Assembly (NCBI GenBank): GCA_964535935.1
Contig: CAZHWM010000020.1
Coordinates: 1,210-65,209 of the forward strand
Source of the DNA: an uncultured Planctomycetales bacterium
GTDB taxonomy: Bacteria > Omnitrophota > Gorgyraeia > Zapsychrales > Zapsychraceae
DNA: 64,000 nucleotides
Direction: 5' to 3'
Below, one piece after another: positions 9,420 to 16,976 of this stretch (positions within the stretch are counted from its first letter, which is position 1; each line of letters begins with the position of its first letter). The notes beneath the pieces were generated by a model. That model saw nothing but the letters and a program-made list of their open reading frames with translations. It had not been told where the DNA came from and searched no databases. A program made the position numbers and the translations under genes.

Positions 9420-10381
9420 TTACGGGGCCTCAACTTTTGGTTTATTACCCATATAATAGGCTTCAAAGGATGATGCCATATGGCTGGTGCAGCGCTACCT
9501 ATCATCCAACAATTTTTCGTACAATTTTTTACCATATTTCTTACTTCATCTGCCCTCTTGCTATACCAGATCTCCTCCCATGATTGTTCCTTCAAATTAC
9601 CCATAGGCTGTTTTTCATCCATCCCATTACACGGCAGCACATCCCCCCAAGGATCGAGGAAGAAACCGTTTCTCCCCATCTCACATGGTAAAAGTCGTTT
9701 ATTGCCTTGAATATAATTAATTAACCCATAATTAAAATAAGCACGAAACCAATCTTTAATCCTCCTCGACCTTAACAACCGTGAAATTAATTTCTCAAAT
9801 TCTGCAATAACCATTGCTTTATCTTGGATAGCATTATCCCATTTATGAAAATAATGTGAATTATGTAAAGTAGCTGTAGCAAACTCATATCCTAAGGCCT
9901 CAGACAGATCATATAAATATACCAAATCCTTCGCATTCATATCCTGAACAGTTATGCCAAATCCTATATCCTTAATACCCATCTCTCTAAGTTTCAACAA
10001 GGTGCGTATTATCCTATCAAATCCATCCGGAATCCCTCTTATAGTATCGTTGGTCTTCTGCAAACCTTCTATACTAATACGTATACCCAGATCAGGATAT
10101 ATTCTACATAAATCAATAATCCTATCAGTAAAATATCCATTAGTACTAATAACTATTCGTTTCGTTTTCTTTCTTAATAAACCAACTATATCTGGTAAAT
10201 CACTACGTACAAAGGGCTCCCCCCCTGTAATATTTGTAAAAAACATCTCTGGCAACTTTTTAAGCACATCAAGACCTATTTCTTCTGAAGCCTTAGACGG
10301 ATAGTGCCATACATCACACATATTACATCTTGCATTACATCTGTAAGTTACAATAATAGAGGCATGTAGTTTGTTTTTCAT
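9416..10381 (-). CDS. radical SAM enzyme with C-terminal twitch/SPASM-like cysteine domain
   Basis: CNARCNMC (CX3CX2C, aa 15-22). The C-terminus has CEMGRNGFFLDPWGDVLPC (CX12GX4C) plus CTKNC. Confidence 0.85.
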   Translation of the reverse strand: MKNKLHASIIVTYRCNARCNMCDVWHYPSKASEEIGLDVLKKLPEMFFTNITGGEPFVRSDLPDIVGLLRKKTKRIVISTNGYFTDRIIDLCRIYPDLGIRISIEGLQKTNDTIRGIPDGFDRIIRTLLKLREMGIKDIGFGITVQDMNAKDLVYLYDLSEALGYEFATATLHNSHYFHKWDNAIQDKAMVIAEFEKLISRLLRSRRIKDWFRAYFNYGLINYIQGNKRLLPCEMGRNGFFLDPWGDVLPCNGMDEKQPMGNLKEQSWEEIWYSKRADEVRNMVKNCTKNCWMIGSAAPAIWHHPLKPIIWVINQKLRPRK

Positions 10382-10451
10382 ATCTATTCTCCCCTAAGGT
10401 TTTCTGTATCCAATTTTAGCTTAAAATTTATTTAACGAATATAAATAGTCT

Positions 10452-11666
10452 TTACATACAACTATTGTATATCTTAATCAACTGGTTATAATGTTTATCC
10501 GAATTCAATTCCTCCTCTACAAATTTTCTTGCATTATGCCCAATCTCTACTCTATTGGAATGATATGATATCATTCTCTCTATCTTCTGGCTTAAATCAT
10601 CGACATTACCCGGTTCAAAACATAGCCCCCTTTCGTTATCCTTTACCAACTCTGGGATACCGCCTATACGTGCCCCTACAACTGGTTTACCCAACGCAAA
10701 TGCCTCTATAACCGTTCTTGGATTATTCTCATACCATTCAGATGGGATGACCAAAAACATAGAACTTTTTATCTCTCCATACAATTCCTCACCCTTTTTA
10801 TATCCTAAGAACTTCACATTACTAATCCCTTCGTGCTCAACCTTTCTATGCAACTCTTCTCTTATAGGCCCATCACCTATTATCTTTAAGATCACATCTT
10901 TTTTTCTTACAGCATTAATCAATGTCTCAATCCCCTTCTCATAAGAGAGGCGGCCTACATAAACAATACTATTCTCATCTGCATCAAAATGTGGTTGAAA
11001 TTTAGTGATATCAACAAAATTAAACAAAAATTCCACACGGCCCTTCAGCCCCATTTCTAATACCTTATCTCTCAAAAATTTGCTCGGAGAAATATATACT
11101 GAAATATTATCATATATCCTTAAAATATTATGATGTAAATACATCTCAATAGTATTAACAAAACTCTTGGCAAGTGAATTTTTCGTACATCTGTTGAGAA
11201 AACAATGATAATATCTCCCGCCACGACAACGCTCACATATCTTCCCTCTAACCAGCATGGTATAACAGGCACATACCATCTTATAATCATGCATAGTAAA
11301 TACTGCAGGAATCTTATATTTTTTAAACACATCTAAAACAGATGGGGAAATCTGATGGGCAAAATTGTTTAGATGAACAATATCAGGCCTAAAATCCCTA
11401 ACAATCTTTTCAACCTTATTCCTGGCCTCAAAAGAATAAAGGATATCAGCCACGCTCTTCATCTTCTGCCTTAATCCAATAGGTTTATTATAATCTATAT
11501 ATGAGACAAAATATTTTTTATATGGGTAATCTGGATTAGATGGATGATCCATCCCCCAAAAAGCAACCTTATGCCCCTTTGACAATAAAAGATTGCCAGT
11601 ATTAATAGTACTAATAGCATCCCCGCCTTTAGGATACAGGAATTTATTTATTAAAAGAACTCTCAT
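10452..11666 (-). CDS. glycosyltransferase, GT4/group 1, with Cys-rich insertion
   Basis: 404 aa with E-x7-E context PSEWYENNPRTVIEAFALGKPVVG and the insertion VCACYTMLVRGKICERCRGGRYYHCFLNRC. Confidence 0.85.
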   Translation of the reverse strand: MRVLLINKFLYPKGGDAISTINTGNLLLSKGHKVAFWGMDHPSNPDYPYKKYFVSYIDYNKPIGLRQKMKSVADILYSFEARNKVEKIVRDFRPDIVHLNNFAHQISPSVLDVFKKYKIPAVFTMHDYKMVCACYTMLVRGKICERCRGGRYYHCFLNRCTKNSLAKSFVNTIEMYLHHNILRIYDNISVYISPSKFLRDKVLEMGLKGRVEFLFNFVDITKFQPHFDADENSIVYVGRLSYEKGIETLINAVRKKDVILKIIGDGPIREELHRKVEHEGISNVKFLGYKKGEELYGEIKSSMFLVIPSEWYENNPRTVIEAFALGKPVVGARIGGIPELVKDNERGLCFEPGNVDDLSQKIERMISYHSNRVEIGHNARKFVEEELNSDKHYNQLIKIYNSCM

Positions 11667-11817
11667 CTAGACTGCCTCTCCCCCAATATAAGACACTATA
11701 CTTACAATCTCAAAATCACACTAAATTATAAAAAAAAATAAATACTTTTGGTAAAAATGTTCTTATAAAAATTTTTTTAACTATATATAAGTCTTACTAT
11801 TATTTTTATATTAATAA

Positions 11818-11858
11818 ATAATATAAAATAGGGGGTAAAGTAAAACTTTACCCCCTAT
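11818..11858 (-). terminator. rho-independent terminator after the membrane-anchored hsp20
   Basis: ATAGGGGGTAAAGT-TTT-ACTTTACCCCCTAT forms a perfect 14-bp stem, followed on the minus strand by a T-rich run. Confidence 0.6.
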
Positions 11859-11895
11859 TAGTTAATTATAACGATTTTAATTACTATATTAAATA

Positions 11896-12645
11896 TTAAT
11901 TTACATTAATTTTAACAGTATCATCCTTTTTCTGACTAATCCCCTGTTTTCGTGCTACTTTTATAGTCAACACTCCCTTTTTATAGTCAGCTTTAATAGA
12001 ATTCAAGTCTGCATCATCTGGCAAAGGAATAGAACGGGCAAAATATCCAAACCTCCTTTCCCGTTTAAAGAAATGATTGCCTTTATTCTCATCAAGTTCA
12101 TTCCTCTGTCCTGAGACAACTAGCATATGCCCCTTTGTTTCTACATTAATATTTTGTTTATCCATGCCGGGGATATCCATTTTTATTATATAACTGTCTT
12201 TAGTAGCTTTTACATCTGTATCCAAATCAAATGGGTTCTTTCTACTAAACCATCCAAAACCATTATACGCCCTTACACGGCCAAAGGCATCTCTGAACAT
12301 ACGATTCATCTGTCTCTGTATACGAACAAGTTCATCTAAGGGATCTGCGCTAACACTTCCGCCAAAACTATCCCAATAATCAGGCTCATTAAATTTAATC
12401 GGCGGAGTGGAAATAACTATGCTCCCTTGAGGCCGTATGTTATTGGACTGAACAGATAATGCCGCTATCTTTTTCTTTAAACTTCCTATCTGCCAGCTAA
12501 AAAAACAAACCACAACTAAAAAAAGGACTATTAGTCCTATAATAATCTTTTTACTATTTTCATCTATAGCAGCAGAACCAGCTTGCGACTGCAATTCATT
12601 TTTATTGTCTGACTGCTCAACATTGGTTTTATTTTCTGTGCCCAT
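11896..12645 (-). CDS. membrane-anchored Hsp20/alpha-crystallin family protein
   Basis: 249 aa. It has a polar N-terminus, one hydrophobic helix (IIIGLIVLFLVVVCFFSWQIG), then an ACD (DSYIIKMDIPGMDKQNINVETKGHMLVVSGQR ... FGYFARSIPLPDDADLNSIKADYKKGVLTIKV). A GAGGAGGGAG RBS precedes the start. Confidence 0.85.
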   Translation of the reverse strand: MGTENKTNVEQSDNKNELQSQAGSAAIDENSKKIIIGLIVLFLVVVCFFSWQIGSLKKKIAALSVQSNNIRPQGSIVISTPPIKFNEPDYWDSFGGSVSADPLDELVRIQRQMNRMFRDAFGRVRAYNGFGWFSRKNPFDLDTDVKATKDSYIIKMDIPGMDKQNINVETKGHMLVVSGQRNELDENKGNHFFKRERRFGYFARSIPLPDDADLNSIKADYKKGVLTIKVARKQGISQKKDDTVKINVN

Positions 12646-12724
12646 ATCGCTCCCTCCTCTTTAGAAATTTTATATTACTCTCACATTAATCAACGCCGCC
12701 ACCTATTCATTATACTTTACTTTT

Positions 12725-12973
12725 TTAAAACAAATCAAACAACTCACTTCTAAATCCATCATAACGTTTTCTAAAACGCCTTAATGCAACTGCAGAACTA
12801 ATAAATACCAAACCGATTACCACAAATATTGAAGCAATCATAGCAACCAACAACTGCGGCACCAAAACAATCAGTACTCCAAATAATATAAACAAAATTC
12901 CCTGTAATAGTTGATGCTTCCATGTCATAGAAAAACCATCAAAAAACACATCAAATACATCTATCTTCTGCAT
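12725..12973 (-). CDS. small two-helix membrane protein (DUF308/HdeD-like repeat)
   Basis: 82 aa. WKHQLLQGILFILFGVLIVLVPQ... followed by a second helix. An AGGGAG RBS precedes the start. Confidence 0.5.
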   Translation of the reverse strand: MQKIDVFDVFFDGFSMTWKHQLLQGILFILFGVLIVLVPQLLVAMIASIFVVIGLVFISSAVALRRFRKRYDGFRSELFDLF

Positions 12974-12993
12974 ATCTCCCTCCTTAATATTAG

Positions 12994-13031
12994 AAATATA
13001 AAAGGGGCATATTCACAAAAAGCTATGCCCC
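12994..13031 (-). terminator. rho-independent terminator after second hsp20
   Basis: GGGGCATA-(12 nt)-TATGCCCC forms a perfect 8-bp stem, followed on the minus strand by TTTTATATTT. Confidence 0.55.
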
Positions 13032-13044
13032 TTTCTCTGTATTC

Positions 13045-13425
13045 TTACGTAGAAATTTCAACCTTCTGAGGCTGTGCTTCTTTAGCTTTAGCAAGAGTAA
13101 TTTTTAATACACCATTCTGATAGTTTGCAGAAATATTCTCCTTGTCTACATCTGTATTTAGCTCAAAAATACGCCTATACTCTAAATCAGCGTATCTTTC
13201 CTGATAAACAGAAGTATATTCTTCCTCAATCTTATCTTTCTTCCTAACTCCTTTCACTATCAACTGATCTCCACACAATTCTACACTTAATGCATCTTTT
13301 TGTACCCCTGGCATATCCATCTCTATTACCACCGCATTTTCTGTCTCTGTTATATCAACAGGCGGCTGAACTACCAGCCTTTCCCCATCTTCTCTATTAC
13401 GTTTAATAAGCCTGTTAAGCCTCAT
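13045..13425 (-). CDS. Hsp20/alpha-crystallin small heat-shock protein
   Basis: ACD motifs AVVIEMDMPGVQKDALSVELCGDQLIVKG and NGVLKITLAKA. The start is set at the ATG 8 nt after GGAGGAGG; the track's GTG start at 13434 sits within the RBS. Confidence 0.9.
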   Translation of the reverse strand: MRLNRLIKRNREDGERLVVQPPVDITETENAVVIEMDMPGVQKDALSVELCGDQLIVKGVRKKDKIEEEYTSVYQERYADLEYRRIFELNTDVDKENISANYQNGVLKITLAKAKEAQPQKVEIST

Positions 13426-13495
13426 AAATATCACCTCCTCCTTTAATTAATCTTATAAAAGAGGATAAATTCTCTCTCCCCTTTACGAGATATAA

Positions 13496-13972
13496 TTAAT
13501 TAACATCAATCTTAATCTGTTTAGGTTTTGCTTCTTCTTTCTTAGGCAAAGTTAATTCTAAAACCCCATCTTTAAATACAGCTTTAACTTTAGAACCATC
13601 CACCTCACTTGGAAGACTTATACTACGGTGGAAACTACCATAAAACCTTTCTGAACGGATATAATCTTCTTCTTTTACTTCTCTCTCTTGTTTTTTCTCG
13701 CCCTTTATGGTAAGGATATTATCCTGAATCAATACCTCTATATCGTCCTTTTTTAGCCCAGGCAGATCTGCTTTTACTACAACATTATCTTTAGAATCAT
13801 AAATATCAATAGCAGGTGCCCACTGTCCGCCTAAAAGAGTAGTATCGGTTTCCCCAAGTCTTGGAAACGTCAAATCAAATAACCTATTCATTTCTCTTTG
13901 AAGATTCTCTAACTCCTGAAAAGGAGATATTACATTCCAATCTTTTGTCCTTTTAGTAGGAACATTTGCCAT
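13496..13972 (-). CDS. Hsp20/alpha-crystallin small heat-shock protein
   Basis: SPFQELENLQREMNRLFD N-terminal motif. ACD motifs NVVVKADLPGLKKDDIEVLIQDNILTIKGEK ... ERFYGSFHRSISLPSEVD ... DGVLELTLPK. The start is set at the ATG after GGAGGAGG; the track's GTG is at 13981. Confidence 0.9.
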   Translation of the reverse strand: MANVPTKRTKDWNVISPFQELENLQREMNRLFDLTFPRLGETDTTLLGGQWAPAIDIYDSKDNVVVKADLPGLKKDDIEVLIQDNILTIKGEKKQEREVKEEDYIRSERFYGSFHRSISLPSEVDGSKVKAVFKDGVLELTLPKKEEAKPKQIKIDVN

Positions 13973-14141
13973 AATTATCACCTCCTCCTTCTTTATTTAT
14001 ACTCTTCTAATAATTATAATTACAAATAAATACATATAAACAAAATCAATTTTCACTACCATACTTCACTTCGAAATAAATCATTTTTATCTCATTTTAC
14101 CACCCCCCTTCTTTAACCAACCTTTATTTTTCATCAAATAA

Positions 14142-14168
14142 TTAGCACTCGATAGGCATGACTGCTAA
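14142..14168. promoter_or_regulatory. CIRCE-like inverted repeat (HrcA-operator-type)
   Basis: TTAGCACTC-GATAGGCAT-GACTGCTAA matches 17 of 18 arm positions of the CIRCE consensus TTAGCACTC-N9-GAGTGCTAA. It lies between the hspR-like stop codon and the first hsp20. Confidence 0.6.
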
Positions 14169-14189
14169 TATTTAAGTAAAAAAAATTTT

Positions 14190-14477
14190 CTATTCTCCCT
14201 CCATCTCCAATATCACCTTCAGCCCGTTAATACATACTCTCTTTTTATTCAAATAATACCAACAACGCTGAATCTTGCTTAGTTCTCGTTTAGAATAATA
14301 TCGTGTATCCCCCTTCCTCTGTCTCTTAGGACTAACAATACCTTTTTCATCTAATTGCTTTAATACCCATACTGGAATATCTAAAATCCTACATATTACA
14401 CCTGTTGTAAACACAGGTTCATCAGGATCGATATATACCTCTTCATAATTATCCTTTGATTTTGCCCCCCCCTTCAT
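14190..14477 (-). CDS. MerR-family HTH regulator, HspR-like
   Basis: 95 aa. FTTGVICRILDIPVWVLKQLDEKGIVSPKRQRKGDTRYYSKRELSKIQ...INGLKVILEME follows the MerR/HspR HTH-wing pattern. It sits at the head of the sHSP locus. Confidence 0.8.
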   Translation of the reverse strand: MKGGAKSKDNYEEVYIDPDEPVFTTGVICRILDIPVWVLKQLDEKGIVSPKRQRKGDTRYYSKRELSKIQRCWYYLNKKRVCINGLKVILEMEGE

Positions 14478-14504
14478 AGCAAACTCCTCTTCTTTTTCAA
14501 CAAC

Positions 14505-14533
14505 AGTCTATCACATATCAAACAATTTGTCAA
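14505..14533 (-). promoter_or_regulatory. candidate sigma70-type promoter of the hspR-like gene
   Basis: The minus strand reads TTGACA, 17-nt spacer, TAGACT, ending about 27 nt before the ATG at 14477. Confidence 0.5.
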
Positions 14534-14591
14534 TACTTATCAAAAAAAATTTTTCGATTATCGAACAAAATCTCATCTATTTTCTAACTTA

Positions 14592-14656
14592 TTTCACAAA
14601 TCAACCTTGTTAAATAGTGAAAAATGCACAAATCAACAAGGTTAAATAGTGCAGAA
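14592..14656. repeat. two tandem copies (B1, B2) of the 33-bp structured repeat
   Basis: B1 is TTCACAAATCAAC-CTT-GTTAAATAGTGAAAAAT. B2 is TGCACAAATCAAC-AAG-GTTAAATAGTGCAGAAT. Both have the same flank orientation but opposite central trinucleotides. Confidence 0.75.
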
Positions 14657-14693
14657 TACACAAATAAAGGAGAAATAAAGGAGAAATAAACTA

Positions 14694-14879
14694 TCAAGAA
14701 ACTATATGATACTTGCGTAATAACCACATCATTGGGCACCAATTAGTAAATGCAGATTGGAGCAAATTTACCCCCACAAATCCTGTAAACCATAGCCATC
14801 TTATATCTATTTTTATAGCTAAAATAAGGCTTAAAAGTATAAAAAAGCCTGCAATACCTCTAAGTATTCGTTCTAACAT
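14694..14879 (-). CDS. DUF2892 (YgaP-like) small membrane protein
   Basis: 61 aa. ERILRGIAGFFILLSLILA...FTGFVGVNLLQSAFTNWCPMMWLL matches the two-helix, conserved-CP pattern of the family. Confidence 0.7.
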   Translation of the reverse strand: MLERILRGIAGFFILLSLILAIKIDIRWLWFTGFVGVNLLQSAFTNWCPMMWLLRKYHIVS

Positions 14880-14907
14880 CTTAGAGCCCCCTTTCTCTAC
14901 AAAAAAT

Positions 14908-16191
14908 TCAAAAATTATATCTTATTCTTATATATACGTTTTTATTTCGTTTCATCTGGCCAAATTCTGTAATATCGTCTTCTCCCCATGGTAAATTGGC
15001 CCCAAGAGTGGCTTTCAAATGGTCATTAACATCATAGCTTACAGATGGCCTGCAATAACCATCTTTATCTGAAGGAGAATAGAAGGTGAATAAAGATAGG
15101 GTTACTGTCTGGTGTTTAAATTGTTTGGTAATACGGTTTGTTAGCAAATGCCTAAACTCATCCCAAAAATAATCGTTTGGCAGGAGATTGTCTCTATAAT
15201 TATCATAATCAAGCCGTTGTTCATACATATATTGAAAACCTATTTTAAAGTCATTTCCCATATCTTTTGAATAGCCAAGCATGGCCTTAAACATGGAATT
15301 TTCTATCATTCTATTACTGCCATCACTGTCCTCTCTTGAATTATAATATCCAGTTTCAATGTTTCCTATTCCACCTAAAATACTACCCCGCAAACTTACT
15401 CCATATGCATCAAGTCTCTCATAGTATAATTGTTTAGATGATTCGTCTTTATAACTACGCGGATTCTTATCATATCCGTGGAAAAAGTATATGGCAAATT
15501 CGGTACCATTTATATTTTTATATATCCTTAAGGCATATTCATTATTAGAAAATTGATGCGGTGGGGATATAATATGTCTGTCAGAATCAATCCCTGCAAT
15601 ACCAGAACGAAAACTATCAAAAAACGAAAGTCTATCTCCTTTCGCTATAGTATTAGGGGTAAAATAAGGCATAATAATAAAATCTATACTTGCAAAATCA
15701 GGATAAAATGACATCTTTACAGCAGGCGTAGGTTTCTTCAGGTATTCGTCATCTCTGCCAATAAAAAATGATACATAGTCTTTTGGGAACAGGTCATTAA
15801 TAAACAAATAATCCCCTGTTCCCCATGTTAAGACCTGCTGACCTATTTTCAAATCCATAAATTCAAAAGGGGTCAAAGATAAACTCATTTCTCTTAATTC
15901 AAAATCCGTCTTACCGTCATAATATTCGTCAATAATAAAATCTCCCCTGAAGTTTAATATGGCCCCTTTATCAGCTAAATAGTTATTTCCTTCAAAAAAA
16001 TATGTTGTTTTAAGCTGGAGTCTTTGTTCTAATAAATTGAATGTGTCTTGTTTGGTGTTATCATCACTAACTTTCACTCCTATATCTGTCTCTAAAAAAC
16101 CGTGGAAATCAGGCAACGATGCACATGCCAATCGCACATCTAAAACATAAAAAAACAGTATAATATATTGTAAAATCTTTATCTTATCCAT
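14908..16191 (-). CDS. putative outer-membrane beta-barrel protein (family not recognised)
   Basis: It has a signal-peptide-like N-terminus (...VRLACAS). Composition is Y/G/D/N-rich with an alternating pattern. The C-terminus is ...YIRIRYNF with a terminal Phe. It overlaps the LolA-like gene by 13 nt. Confidence 0.5.
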   Translation of the reverse strand: MDKIKILQYIILFFYVLDVRLACASLPDFHGFLETDIGVKVSDDNTKQDTFNLLEQRLQLKTTYFFEGNNYLADKGAILNFRGDFIIDEYYDGKTDFELREMSLSLTPFEFMDLKIGQQVLTWGTGDYLFINDLFPKDYVSFFIGRDDEYLKKPTPAVKMSFYPDFASIDFIIMPYFTPNTIAKGDRLSFFDSFRSGIAGIDSDRHIISPPHQFSNNEYALRIYKNINGTEFAIYFFHGYDKNPRSYKDESSKQLYYERLDAYGVSLRGSILGGIGNIETGYYNSREDSDGSNRMIENSMFKAMLGYSKDMGNDFKIGFQYMYEQRLDYDNYRDNLLPNDYFWDEFRHLLTNRITKQFKHQTVTLSLFTFYSPSDKDGYCRPSVSYDVNDHLKATLGANLPWGEDDITEFGQMKRNKNVYIRIRYNF

Positions 16192-16976
16192 TTAACAGGA
16201 GGCCTTCTTAAATATCGTTCTGTAAATATATCTTCTGTTAATCCAACATTATATTTAACATTGGAAAACTCCATAAGCGTATTTCCACCCCTTACCATAT
16301 CCCTTACCTCTGACTTGACTACCGTGGGATATCCGTCTATATTCTTTACCTCTAATGCGCGTATGACTTTTATAAGTTTATTTTCTTTGTCATAATACTC
16401 AGCCTTCATAGGCAGAAATGTTTTCTTATCTATATAAACTATATAATAGGCAAATTCCACTCCTTTGGTATCTTTAGGGATATTCTTTATTTTATAATAT
16501 TTTTCATCGGCCCCTATTAGTTTGTGTGTATCTTCATCTATTCCCCTACCAGAAACATCCTCATAGACAAAGTGAGAGCCTACAAAACTGGACCTTTTAT
16601 CGCTGGCTGCAATGCGCCTTACCAAATCCAATGCTGGCAAATAAAGCCATCTATCATCATCTCTACCTAAATGCTTCCAGACCATAAACACCATCTTAGC
16701 TACATCCGCAGGTTTTTTGAAATAAACATAAAACTTCTGCTCTCCTCCTTGCTGTATATTAAGCCGCAATATCCTAAATTCTCGTATCCTCTGCCTGCCT
16801 TGAGAATCAGTAATAATCATTTTTACATCAGCGCTGCCGTCTTTACCTGAATAATAGGAGGCTATATTAGCCTTTTTTATAATATCATCCGCGGAGAGTT
16901 GTTCTGCATAAATTGCAGCTTTATTTAAAAACATTATAAATAAAATATAAATCATTCCCAAGATTAATCGTTTCAT
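16179..16976 (-). CDS. LolA-like outer-membrane lipoprotein-sorting protein
   Basis: DDRWLYLPALDLVRRIAASDKRSSFVGSHFVYEDV is the hallmark stretch of the LolA_like family. The start is set at the ATG after AAAGGAGGGG, which forms an ATGA overlap with the RND gene's stop codon. Confidence 0.8.
   Translation of the reverse strand: MKRLILGMIYILFIMFLNKAAIYAEQLSADDIIKKANIASYYSGKDGSADVKMIITDSQGRQRIREFRILRLNIQQGGEQKFYVYFKKPADVAKMVFMVWKHLGRDDDRWLYLPALDLVRRIAASDKRSSFVGSHFVYEDVSGRGIDEDTHKLIGADEKYYKIKNIPKDTKGVEFAYYIVYIDKKTFLPMKAEYYDKENKLIKVIRALEVKNIDGYPTVVKSEVRDMVRGGNTLMEFSNVKYNVGLTEDIFTERYLRRPPVKWIR

Noticed and set aside
14592-14656. Possible mini-CRISPR array
   Set aside because: There are only two directly abutting units with no spacer. 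The units are near-palindromic, dispersed copies occur elsewhere, and there are no cas genes.
14661-14690. Tandem 11-bp duplication AAATAAAGGAG x2 (plus a partial third unit)
   Set aside because: It is a short AT-rich duplication just downstream of the DUF2892 stop codon. The plus-strand AAGGAG motifs precede only a spurious antisense ORF (14713-14994). No function can be argued.
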